From Candidatus Hydrogenedentota bacterium (GTDB lineage: Bacteria; Hydrogenedentota; Hydrogenedentia; Hydrogenedentales; SLHB01), in contig JARKSN010000208.1 in assembly GCA_029974275.1 (NCBI GenBank), forward strand, positions 1-46,044: a DNA stretch of 46,044 nucleotides. Reading direction: 5' to 3'. Positions 19,389-27,416 of the stretch are shown in pieces (within the stretch, counting starts at the first letter, position 1; every line of letters begins with the position of its first letter). A program made the position numbers and the translations under genes. Under the pieces are notes generated by a model. The model saw only the letters and a program-made list of their open reading frames with translations, searched no databases and had not been told where the DNA came from.

Positions 19389-20818
19389 GCAGCGCACCTA
19401 AAAAACGATGGCGACTTTTTTTGGCCAGCGTGGGGCGGCGCCCTGCGCTGTATCCACTCACGACGCCGCCTATCGGGCTGCTGTATCTCGCGGCATACGT
19501 GCGATCAAGACACGATCTGGATATCCGGATCGTCGATCAACGTCTGACCAACTGCACGTACGAGGAGTTGGCGCGGCAAGCCGTTGCATTCGGAGCGGAT
19601 GTGGTGGGCCTTGGCGCGTTTAGTTCGGCGGCGTATGCGCTGCCGTTGGTGACGCGGCGCATTCGGGAAGGGTTGCCCAAGGCCTTTCTCGTGCTGGGCG
19701 GACCGCATGTCAGCGCGGCGGAGATGCGGGCGCTCGACGGCAACTGTGCGGATGCCGCTGTCGCGGGCGAAGGCGAGATTGCCTTCGATAGCTTGTTTCA
19801 AGCGGACTTCGACCGTGGCAATCTTGGTCATATCCCAGGATTGATGTGGCGCGATGCCAGCGGAGAGATTGTGCGCAACCCAGGGCTCACGCCGCTCATC
19901 GACGATCTGGACATGTTGCCGATGCCCGCGTACGACCTCATCCATGTGCAGGCATATTGGAAGCAACAGTCGATGCCGCCCATTCCGCGTCGGCGCTACA
20001 TCTCGATGGTCACGAGTCGGGGCTGTCCATATCACTGCATTTGGTGCCACAAGATTTTTGGGAAACGCCATCGCGCGCATTCTCCCGAACGCGTTGTCGC
20101 GGAGATCGAACATTACCGGCGCGACTACGGCGTGGACGAGATTGAGTTTCTCGACGATACGTTCACGGACGACCACGACCGCGTTTTCGAGATATGCCGC
20201 CTCGTCACGCAGCGTCTTGGGGCAATCGCGATGGCCCTGCCCAACGGCATTCGCGCGGATGCCGCGACGCCCGATCTTTTTGCGGCCTTGCATGATGCGG
20301 GGCTGTATTTTTGCGCGTTTCCGCTGGAAACAGGATCGCCGCGTTTGCAGGAATATACGGGCAAGCGTCTCGACATTCCGCGCTTCCTCGGCAATCTTGA
20401 GGAGGCCGCGCGCCTGGGGCTGCTCACGTTCGGTTTCGTGATGCTCGGTTTTCCTACCGAGACCGAGGACGAATTGCAGCAAACCATCGATACGGCTTGC
20501 GAATCGAGGCTCCATCTGGCTACGTTCTTGACGGTCGTGCCGTATCCCAACACGGAGCTTTATCGCATGGTCGAGCGGCAGCATCCCGAGAAACTCGCGG
20601 GGCTTGACTATAGGGACGCGACGTTCACGTATATTCGCGTCAATCTCACTGAACTGCCGGACAATGTGTTGTTTGCGTATCAGCGAAGGGCCAACCGGCG
20701 TTTCTTTCTCAACCCGCGCCGTGTGGCGCGGATTGTACGTGACTACCCCAAACCGCATCTGTTGCCGTTGTATCTGCCTATTTTCGCGGCGCGCGTGACG
20801 AAGGGAATCTTTGGGTGA
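19385..20818 (+). CDS. Cobalamin-dependent radical SAM protein (putative class B methyltransferase)
   Basis: PPIGLLYLAA and LGGPH B12-binding domain, GEGE, TSRGCPYHCIWC (CxxxCxxC), DDTF and GFPTET. Confidence 0.92.
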   Translation: MSSAPKKRWRLFLASVGRRPALYPLTTPPIGLLYLAAYVRSRHDLDIRIVDQRLTNCTYEELARQAVAFGADVVGLGAFSSAAYALPLVTRRIREGLPKAFLVLGGPHVSAAEMRALDGNCADAAVAGEGEIAFDSLFQADFDRGNLGHIPGLMWRDASGEIVRNPGLTPLIDDLDMLPMPAYDLIHVQAYWKQQSMPPIPRRRYISMVTSRGCPYHCIWCHKIFGKRHRAHSPERVVAEIEHYRRDYGVDEIEFLDDTFTDDHDRVFEICRLVTQRLGAIAMALPNGIRADAATPDLFAALHDAGLYFCAFPLETGSPRLQEYTGKRLDIPRFLGNLEEAARLGLLTFGFVMLGFPTETEDELQQTIDTACESRLHLATFLTVVPYPNTELYRMVERQHPEKLAGLDYRDATFTYIRVNLTELPDNVLFAYQRRANRRFFLNPRRVARIVRDYPKPHLLPLYLPIFAARVTKGIFG

Positions 20819-21918
20819 TGGCCGCCGAGACCACCCGGGCGCAACGGCCAAGCGGGCGAATGTGGGGGCGCGTCGCGGCAGTTTGGATCGTCATCCTTGT
20901 CGCGTTTGCCGCATTGATCGAGGGCGCCGCGCGACTTGTTGTCCCTTCGCTTGATGACCGAACGCTGGGCGCATGGCGACGCACGATGGAAGTGCTCGGC
21001 GTGCCTGCAATCAACGAGGCCGCTACGTTTGATCCGTATCTGTTCTGGGCGCTCAAGCCAAACCTGCGCGGTCTGCGCGTCACGGGAACTTCGCCCGAGG
21101 GCGACAGCATCGATTTTGCGTTCAGCACGAACGCGTTGGGCCTTCGAGGGCCGGAGGTGGCCCCCAAGGGACAGTGTCTGCGCGTGCTCGCGTTGGGAGA
21201 CTCGTGCACCTTTGGCCTCGGCGTGAACGATGCGGACACGTGGCCCGCACAGTTGCAACGCATGCTTGACGAGTTCGGGGGCGGAACTCAATGGGATGTG
21301 ATCAACGCGGGCGTCTATGGGTACTCCGCGTTTCAGGGGCTGCGCTATTTGCAGAGCAAAGGTTTCGCGCTCGAGCCGGATGTCGTTATCGTGCAATTTT
21401 GGGCCAACGACGCGGAGCGTTGGAGCATGTCCGATCGCGAGGCGGCGCGGCGATTGGCGCTGACGCAATGGGAACGTCCCCTCATGCGCAGCCGGTTTTA
21501 TTGCTGGCTTAAATTGACCATGCAACACACCAACCTTGTCCGCATTCTTGCTCCAGACGGGCCGATGGTGCGCGAGTCGCCGGAGGAATTTGCGCAGTCG
21601 CTTCGCGCGATTCGCGACGCTTGCCATCGGCGCGGCGTCAAGACGGCTTTTGTCGTCTGGCCCGTGCGCGAACAGTGGAGCGCCCCTTTTCCCCGTCCGA
21701 ACGAGTATCAGCGCATTATCGAGGAAGTGGCGCGCGGCGCGGGTTCGTCGACAGCCGTGTTGAATCTTTTCGAGGTCTTTGCGCGCGCCGAGACCTCCCC
21801 CTACCTCGATCCCGTGCATGCCAATCCGGAAGGATGCCGCTTGATGGCGGAAGAAGGCAAGGCCGTGCTGGGAACGCTCTATTCCGCGGGGGCAGACGCG
21901 CCCGAGAGAACGCCATGA
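20818..21918 (+). CDS. Membrane-anchored SGNH/GDSL hydrolase
   Basis: N-terminal TM; blocks GDSCTFG, NAGVYGY, WAND and DPVH; N.LGLRG motif. Confidence 0.88.
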   Translation: MAAETTRAQRPSGRMWGRVAAVWIVILVAFAALIEGAARLVVPSLDDRTLGAWRRTMEVLGVPAINEAATFDPYLFWALKPNLRGLRVTGTSPEGDSIDFAFSTNALGLRGPEVAPKGQCLRVLALGDSCTFGLGVNDADTWPAQLQRMLDEFGGGTQWDVINAGVYGYSAFQGLRYLQSKGFALEPDVVIVQFWANDAERWSMSDREAARRLALTQWERPLMRSRFYCWLKLTMQHTNLVRILAPDGPMVRESPEEFAQSLRAIRDACHRRGVKTAFVVWPVREQWSAPFPRPNEYQRIIEEVARGAGSSTAVLNLFEVFARAETSPYLDPVHANPEGCRLMAEEGKAVLGTLYSAGADAPERTP

Positions 21919-24041
21919 GGACCTCCAACCCAACGACAGGGGCGCGTTTCTCGCGTGCGTGCGTGCGCGACATGGTGGCGCTTGCGCTGATTCTCGTGGT
22001 GGGTGCGGGGCTGCGCGCGGCGTATTTGTGCGATCTGCGGCACGACCCCACTTTCACGGCCCCCACAACGGACCCTGCTTTTCACGACGACTGGGCGCGT
22101 CAGCTTATCGGAAACCCTGGGCCGCCGCGTCCCGATCCCCCGGTTATCCGTCCGCCGGGCTATCCGCTGGAACGTGGGCCGGGACATCCTGGAAATCTGC
22201 CGTACATGCGGCCGCCCGCGTATCCGTATTTGCTCGCGCTGCTCTACTTGCTGACCGGGGGCAGCTACGTCGGCGCGCGCGCGCTGCAAATGGGCATCGG
22301 GCTGTTGAACGCGCTGCTCGGCTATTTTTTGGGACGAAAGCTTCTGGGCCGCGTTCCGGGTCTGATATTCGCGGGGCTTCTCGCGGGATATTGGGGCTTT
22401 ATCTACAACGAGGGCGAGCTGCATGCGATTGTGCTGCTTATTCTTCTGAAGTTGTTGCTGTTGCTTGCCATGACGGCTTGGGCCGAGCGCCCTGCGTGGA
22501 GTCGCGCGTTGCTCGCGGGGCTGTTGCTTGGAGCGCTGTGCGTCGCTGGGCCGATCAACCTCTCGTTCATTCCCGTTGCCGCCGTTTGGGTGGGGTGGAT
22601 GGCGTGGAAGAAACAGGGCGCGATCGTCATGCGCTGGCGCATGCCAATGGCGTTCCTCTTGGGCGTTGTGTTGGCGATCGCGCCGGTGACCATCCGCAAC
22701 TACCGTGCGTCGGGCGAATTCGTGTTGATCATGCCTACCGCGGGCGTGAACTTTTTCATTGGCAACCGAACCGCCTCGGCCGGCACGGCTCAATACGACG
22801 CCGAGTCCTTTTACCCGCGCGACACGATGTATATTTTCATGGGATTCAGCAAACATCTCGCCTATCGTTTGGGAAAGCCGATAGGCGAAGTGCGGACGTC
22901 GTGGCATTATTTTGGGCAGGCTTGCCAGGCGGTGCGCGATGATCCGTTCTTGGCGTTGGGGCGCCTTGTGAAGAAAGCGGCCCTGTTTTGGACGCCGCTC
23001 GAGACGATGCACAACAAGGCGGTGCAGTTCGATCGGAAGAATTCGCCGGTATTGCGGAATTTGCCTGGCGATTTTGCGCTGTGCGCGACGTTGTTTTTGG
23101 CGGGCGTCGCCATGTTCGTGCGAGATCGGCGAAGGGCCGTTTCCTTGGCGTCGAGTCGGCAACTGGATTTCGCGCGATCCGCTTCGCTGTGGCTTGTGGC
23201 GTTGTTCATCATGACTACGTGGCTGTCGTATACGGCCTTCATGATCAACTCGCAGTACCGCGCCCCGCTTGTGCCGCTTATGCTGTTGTTTGCCGCATAC
23301 GCCATTCACCGGCTTGCGCAGTTGATGCGCGGGCGCCGGTATTGGGCGGCGGGCGCGTTGCTGGTCGTGGGCGCGGGGGCGTATGCGCTTTTTAGTGTCA
23401 ACTTCACCGGATATGATCTGAAGACCGATCGCTTTATATGGCATTACGACCGCGCCACGGCTTATGTCCGTCTGGGAAAATTCGATCGCGCCATCGACGA
23501 GTACCGCGAGGCCCTGCGCATCGATCCCTCCGTCGGCGGCGCGCAGCTTGATCTCGCCCAAACGCTTGCGGCGCGGGGGCGGATCGATGAGGCTTTCGAG
23601 GCGGTTTATGCGGCATACCGCGCATGGCCCGACAGCCCGCTAATTTACTTTGGTCTCGCCAACGAGCTGATTCGTCCGTTCGTGGAGGTCTACGACGGCA
23701 GTCTCGCTCGCTTTGCGCAACCTCCGTGCACGTTCTCCGCAGCGTCCATGGATGCTGCGTCGCAAGGACGCATCGCGTTGGCGCGGCGTTGTCTTTTGCG
23801 CTATCTCGCGAGGGACCCGGAGGATGCGGGGGTGCGGTTTTTGGCGAACCAGTCGTTGGGGAGATTGTCGTTGGCCGAAGGGAGGCCAGACGAGGCCGAG
23901 GCGCATCTTCGTGCGGCATGTGAAGCGCAACCCCGCGACGCAACCACCCGGGCGCGTCTTGCGACAGCCCTTCGCTGTCAAGGCAAGAACGAAGAAGCCG
24001 CCGCGTTCGAGATAGACGCGGCGGCTCAGGCGACTCCTTAG
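21915..24041 (+). CDS. Second GT-C/GT39-like glycosyltransferase with TPRs (paralog of 17136-19388)
   Basis: Shares [37 protein letters not shown] and PGDF with the first copy; ATGA overlap with the SGNH gene. Confidence 0.85.
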   Translation: MRTSNPTTGARFSRACVRDMVALALILVVGAGLRAAYLCDLRHDPTFTAPTTDPAFHDDWARQLIGNPGPPRPDPPVIRPPGYPLERGPGHPGNLPYMRPPAYPYLLALLYLLTGGSYVGARALQMGIGLLNALLGYFLGRKLLGRVPGLIFAGLLAGYWGFIYNEGELHAIVLLILLKLLLLLAMTAWAERPAWSRALLAGLLLGALCVAGPINLSFIPVAAVWVGWMAWKKQGAIVMRWRMPMAFLLGVVLAIAPVTIRNYRASGEFVLIMPTAGVNFFIGNRTASAGTAQYDAESFYPRDTMYIFMGFSKHLAYRLGKPIGEVRTSWHYFGQACQAVRDDPFLALGRLVKKAALFWTPLETMHNKAVQFDRKNSPVLRNLPGDFALCATLFLAGVAMFVRDRRRAVSLASSRQLDFARSASLWLVALFIMTTWLSYTAFMINSQYRAPLVPLMLLFAAYAIHRLAQLMRGRRYWAAGALLVVGAGAYALFSVNFTGYDLKTDRFIWHYDRATAYVRLGKFDRAIDEYREALRIDPSVGGAQLDLAQTLAARGRIDEAFEAVYAAYRAWPDSPLIYFGLANELIRPFVEVYDGSLARFAQPPCTFSAASMDAASQGRIALARRCLLRYLARDPEDAGVRFLANQSLGRLSLAEGRPDEAEAHLRAACEAQPRDATTRARLATALRCQGKNEEAAAFEIDAAAQATP

Positions 24042-24142
24042 AGCAGTTTAATTTTTTATGCCTACGGTCCGTCTTGTGAGAGCATTTTCGCCAGGGTTTC
24101 TTGATCGTACATGGCGTAGGCATAATTAGCGAAAATGCTCTA
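24039..24142. mobile_element. About 104-bp MITE-like palindromic element bounded by TA
   Basis: Terminal inverted repeats TAGAGCAGTTTAATTTTTTATGCCTACG and (reverse complement) TAGAGCATTTTCGCTAATTATGCCTACG match 22/28; lies between convergent genes. Confidence 0.6.
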
Positions 24143-24152
24143 GTCTTCGCGA

Positions 24153-24857
24153 TTACTTTGCGGGGCGGCCGTAGACTTCGACTTCGATGTAATCGTTGAA
24201 CTCGTTCGAAGTGTTGCCGTTGCTATAGAGGCGAACGTAGCGCCCCTTCGCGCCCTTGGCGTCGAACAGCTTGCCTTCGTTGGTTTCGATGTATTCCTTG
24301 TCTTTGCCAATTCCGAGCTTCGAGGAGTTGTCGTGGTCGTTGTTGAAGACGGTCGTGACGTTCTTGATGGCGTCGGGGTCGTCGGAGACTTTCACGATGA
24401 CGTCTTTGTACACCCGGGCCTGGGCGTGGTAATGCCATACGACGATGGCGAAAATCTCGGTCTGCGCGCCGAGATCGATTTGCACCCATTGGACGCCCGG
24501 TCCCAATTCGACAAAGCTGCCGTCGGAGCCTTCCTTATCGCCGTCGGTGATCTGCTCCATATCGCCGAGGATTGGGGCTTTGTCGCTGGAGACGACCTCC
24601 TTGCTCGCGGCGACATTCGTTACGCCTTTGGGAGCCAGGAAGGGAGGACGTTGCTGGCCCGTGACGGGTTCAAGATTGTCGGATTTGATGTCGGCGGGGG
24701 TCCCGACGAACATTGGGCGAGGCAGGTCGATTTTGATGGGTTCCAGATCGGAGGAAGCCGAATCCGCGGCTGTGGCCGGCTCCTGGGCGATCGCGATCGA
24801 AGTCAATCCCGCAAAACCTAGCAGGACGGCGGCCGTTAGCAGACGAATCGTGTTCAT
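24153..24857 (-). CDS. Secreted discoidin (F5/8 type C, CBM32-like) domain protein
   Basis: Sec signal peptide, NVAASKEV.SS, TDGD, QWVQIDLG, GRYVRLY and EVEVYG; strong GAGGAG RBS. Confidence 0.85.
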   Translation of the reverse strand: MNTIRLLTAAVLLGFAGLTSIAIAQEPATAADSASSDLEPIKIDLPRPMFVGTPADIKSDNLEPVTGQQRPPFLAPKGVTNVAASKEVVSSDKAPILGDMEQITDGDKEGSDGSFVELGPGVQWVQIDLGAQTEIFAIVVWHYHAQARVYKDVIVKVSDDPDAIKNVTTVFNNDHDNSSKLGIGKDKEYIETNEGKLFDAKGAKGRYVRLYSNGNTSNEFNDYIEVEVYGRPAK

Positions 24858-25315
24858 GCTTCTCCTCCTCGTGCGTTGCATGACGTCTTTTTGCTCGAAA
24901 CCACGAAGTACAGATGGGCCAAGCCCGTTAACGCAATGCCGTAGCCGCAGTAGCGATGCGTCGCCACGAGCAGATGCTGGCCATGCGTGCCTGCAAGCGG
25001 CAACATGCACAGCGACACCGACAGCGCCGACGTTGCGCCCAAGGCTAGGAACAACCAAAAACATATGCGCTGTCCCACGTGGACGGGCGTGTCCGGAACA
25101 AGCCGGCAACGCTCGCCGTAACATACCGCGAACAAGGCTAGCGTCACGGCAAACAATCCGCCCAGCGACGTGTGCGCCATCAGCAGATAGCCGCGTAGCC
25201 CGCCGTCGCGGAACAAGGCATAGGCCCCGCTGGCGCCTAACAGCAACGCCGATGCCGCGACAGCCAGGTACAACAGGCGTCGGATCCAGACGGCGAAAGC
25301 GCCACAAATATTCAT
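24854..25315 (-). CDS. Small 4-TM cytochrome b-like membrane protein (FdnI/HyaC-like)
   Basis: Four hydrophobic helices, His in TM2 (LLMAH), GQRICFW resembling the GQK..FW motif, two His 14 residues apart in TM4. Confidence 0.6.
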   Translation of the reverse strand: MNICGAFAVWIRRLLYLAVAASALLLGASGAYALFRDGGLRGYLLMAHTSLGGLFAVTLALFAVCYGERCRLVPDTPVHVGQRICFWLFLALGATSALSVSLCMLPLAGTHGQHLLVATHRYCGYGIALTGLAHLYFVVSSKKTSCNARGGEA

Positions 25316-25376
25316 ATCAAGCCATCCTGTTCCATGAGGGGAAGGCGAAACCCCTTGGCAGGGGCCTCCTTCTCTT

Positions 25377-27416
25377 TTATATCTTCTTCATCAAGTAAGC
25401 CAAGCCTTTGAATGCGTACAATGCCAGCACAGAGGCCATCAACGCGCAGGTCGCGAACATCACGAGCTTGAACAGGGGCCGCACCTGGAATTCAAGGCCC
25501 CAGAGCGTCGCGAAAGCAGGGGATTCCTTGAGGAAACGGTGCATTGGGATGCCGGTTGGCGCGTTGCCTGCGACGGCGGGTCCTTGCAGGGACACCGTCG
25601 CGAAATAGAAGGGCGATCGGATCGCGTGACAATCCGTGCAACCGCCCGCGCCGAGAGCTTGTGAGGCCGGTCGCACGTCATGGCCCAGCTGCCAGCGGTA
25701 CGGCGCGGCGGCGGGCGTATCGGCGGCGACCGTCAAGGTTCCGTCCGCATTGAGGGCATACTCGTTGCCGGAACACACATACACCGGCGCGCCGTCGACC
25801 TCTCCGCTCGAAGCCAGCGCCAGCAAGGCGGCGGCAATTTGCCGGTCGGTCAAGGGGGTATAGGGTTCTTTGACGGGTGGTTCCGCTTCGAGGGTTTCGC
25901 CGGTCGCTTCAGGCGGCGCGAGGGTTTCGCTGTTCTCGCTTGCCACAGCGGCGTCTGCGGCGGATTCAGCGGCGGTTGCGTCCGCATCGGCGCTCTCGGA
26001 TGGAGCCTGCGCTGCGTTGTCTGTTTCCGGGGCCGGCAGATCCTTCGCGGGGGCGTCTTGCGGAACGGACGTCGTTATGGCCTGCGTGACCAATGCGGAG
26101 GTCCGATCCAGGGGCAACGGCTTGACGGCGTCGCCTCTTTTCACGCCCCAGAATGCGGGCCAGACAGCGTACATCGGCATGATGGAGCCGTCGCTTTGGC
26201 GCTCGAAAACCGGGGCCTGAATATATGGCAGGTCGGTGTCCCAATGGGCGCGGCCGTGGATGCCGAAGCGGTTGGCGCGCGAGGTGCGCACGGCGTGCGT
26301 CTCGTCGCCGGGTTGCGGGCCGGAATGGCACGCGGTGCAACTCAATTTCTCGAAATGAAGGGGGGGGAAACCCTTGTGTTTCGGATGCGGGGCGCGCGGC
26401 TTGACGATGGTGGAGTCGCCTCCGGTTCCGTAGTGGCAGCCGCGGCACGAATACATGTCGCCGCCGGGGGCTTTTTCGCGCCCGGTGACAATTTGATGGT
26501 CTAGTTTGTTGCGGTGGCAATCGGTGCAGGTCATGCCTGCCGCCATGTGCACGTCTTTTTGGGCGTTCCAGCGGGCTTCCGCGGGATCGCCGGCCAGGCT
26601 CGCCGAGTGACAGAAATAGCAGCGTTCCGCCGGAACTTGGCGTCTCACGTCGAAGAACACCCGATTTTTTGCGTCGAACTTTTCCTTGCGATAGGCGACC
26701 GTCGGGGCTGCTGTCCAGGCGTTGTCGAGGTTTGGGGAGACGTAGCGATCATAGGTGTCGGGCAAGCGCGAAGCCATGTTGTCGACAGTGCCGAGCCAAC
26801 TCGCCGCCGTGGCGGCCCAACGGAAATTCTCGCGCGCGCATTGGATCGCGTATTCGCTCTGGTTTTGCTCCCGGTCCACGTTGTGGCACGCGAGGCAATT
26901 GATGTCGAGCGTGCCGGAAATTTCCCATCGCGCGTTCCGGTCGGGCGGCGCGCCGGGGGCGGCTTCGTAGACCGCGCCGCCAGGCATGTGCCGGGCAAAA
27001 CGCTTGGTGAATTCCCACGCAGTCAGGCCGACGTCCGCGGGCGACAGACCCTTTTCCGGGCCGTTCACGAAGGGCAATTGCGTGCCCGTGGCTTCGTCCA
27101 CCAACACCCACGGCTCGCCGCGATAGGGCTCATAGCGGCGCGCTTGCGCGGCGGCTTCGGGGTTAAAGTGGAATCCGCCGCTGATCGTCTTGTAGTTGTG
27201 GCAGTCGCCGCAGGTGTTCTGGAGCGAGAAGGGCTGCGGGGCGTTATCGGTCGGAAGAATCGGATCGCCCTCGTCGTCGTACAGCGGGATGTGGTGAACC
27301 GCAGGCGAACGGGAGCCGTCCATGTCTGCGTGTTTGCGCGGGGGCGCTGCGTGTGCGGCACAGGCAACCATCACCCCCGCGATCCCTATCGCTATCAGCG
27401 TTTTTTTTGCGTTCAC
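25377..27416 (-). CDS. Membrane-anchored multiheme (7 CxxCH) cytochrome c
   Basis: Signal peptide; CGDCH, CLACH, CYFCH, CTDCH, CRGCH, CTACH, CTDCH; C-terminal TM helix; GTG start overlaps the upstream stop (GTGA). Confidence 0.92.
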   Translation of the reverse strand: MNAKKTLIAIGIAGVMVACAAHAAPPRKHADMDGSRSPAVHHIPLYDDEGDPILPTDNAPQPFSLQNTCGDCHNYKTISGGFHFNPEAAAQARRYEPYRGEPWVLVDEATGTQLPFVNGPEKGLSPADVGLTAWEFTKRFARHMPGGAVYEAAPGAPPDRNARWEISGTLDINCLACHNVDREQNQSEYAIQCARENFRWAATAASWLGTVDNMASRLPDTYDRYVSPNLDNAWTAAPTVAYRKEKFDAKNRVFFDVRRQVPAERCYFCHSASLAGDPAEARWNAQKDVHMAAGMTCTDCHRNKLDHQIVTGREKAPGGDMYSCRGCHYGTGGDSTIVKPRAPHPKHKGFPPLHFEKLSCTACHSGPQPGDETHAVRTSRANRFGIHGRAHWDTDLPYIQAPVFERQSDGSIMPMYAVWPAFWGVKRGDAVKPLPLDRTSALVTQAITTSVPQDAPAKDLPAPETDNAAQAPSESADADATAAESAADAAVASENSETLAPPEATGETLEAEPPVKEPYTPLTDRQIAAALLALASSGEVDGAPVYVCSGNEYALNADGTLTVAADTPAAAPYRWQLGHDVRPASQALGAGGCTDCHAIRSPFYFATVSLQGPAVAGNAPTGIPMHRFLKESPAFATLWGLEFQVRPLFKLVMFATCALMASVLALYAFKGLAYLMKKI

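Noticed and set aside
1463..23561. Many long antisense ORFs (e.g. 1463..2560, 4754..6157, 7811..9115, 11358..12929, 19505..20851, 21879..23561)
   Set aside because: Typical high-GC shadow frames opposite well-supported genes, with no family motifs.
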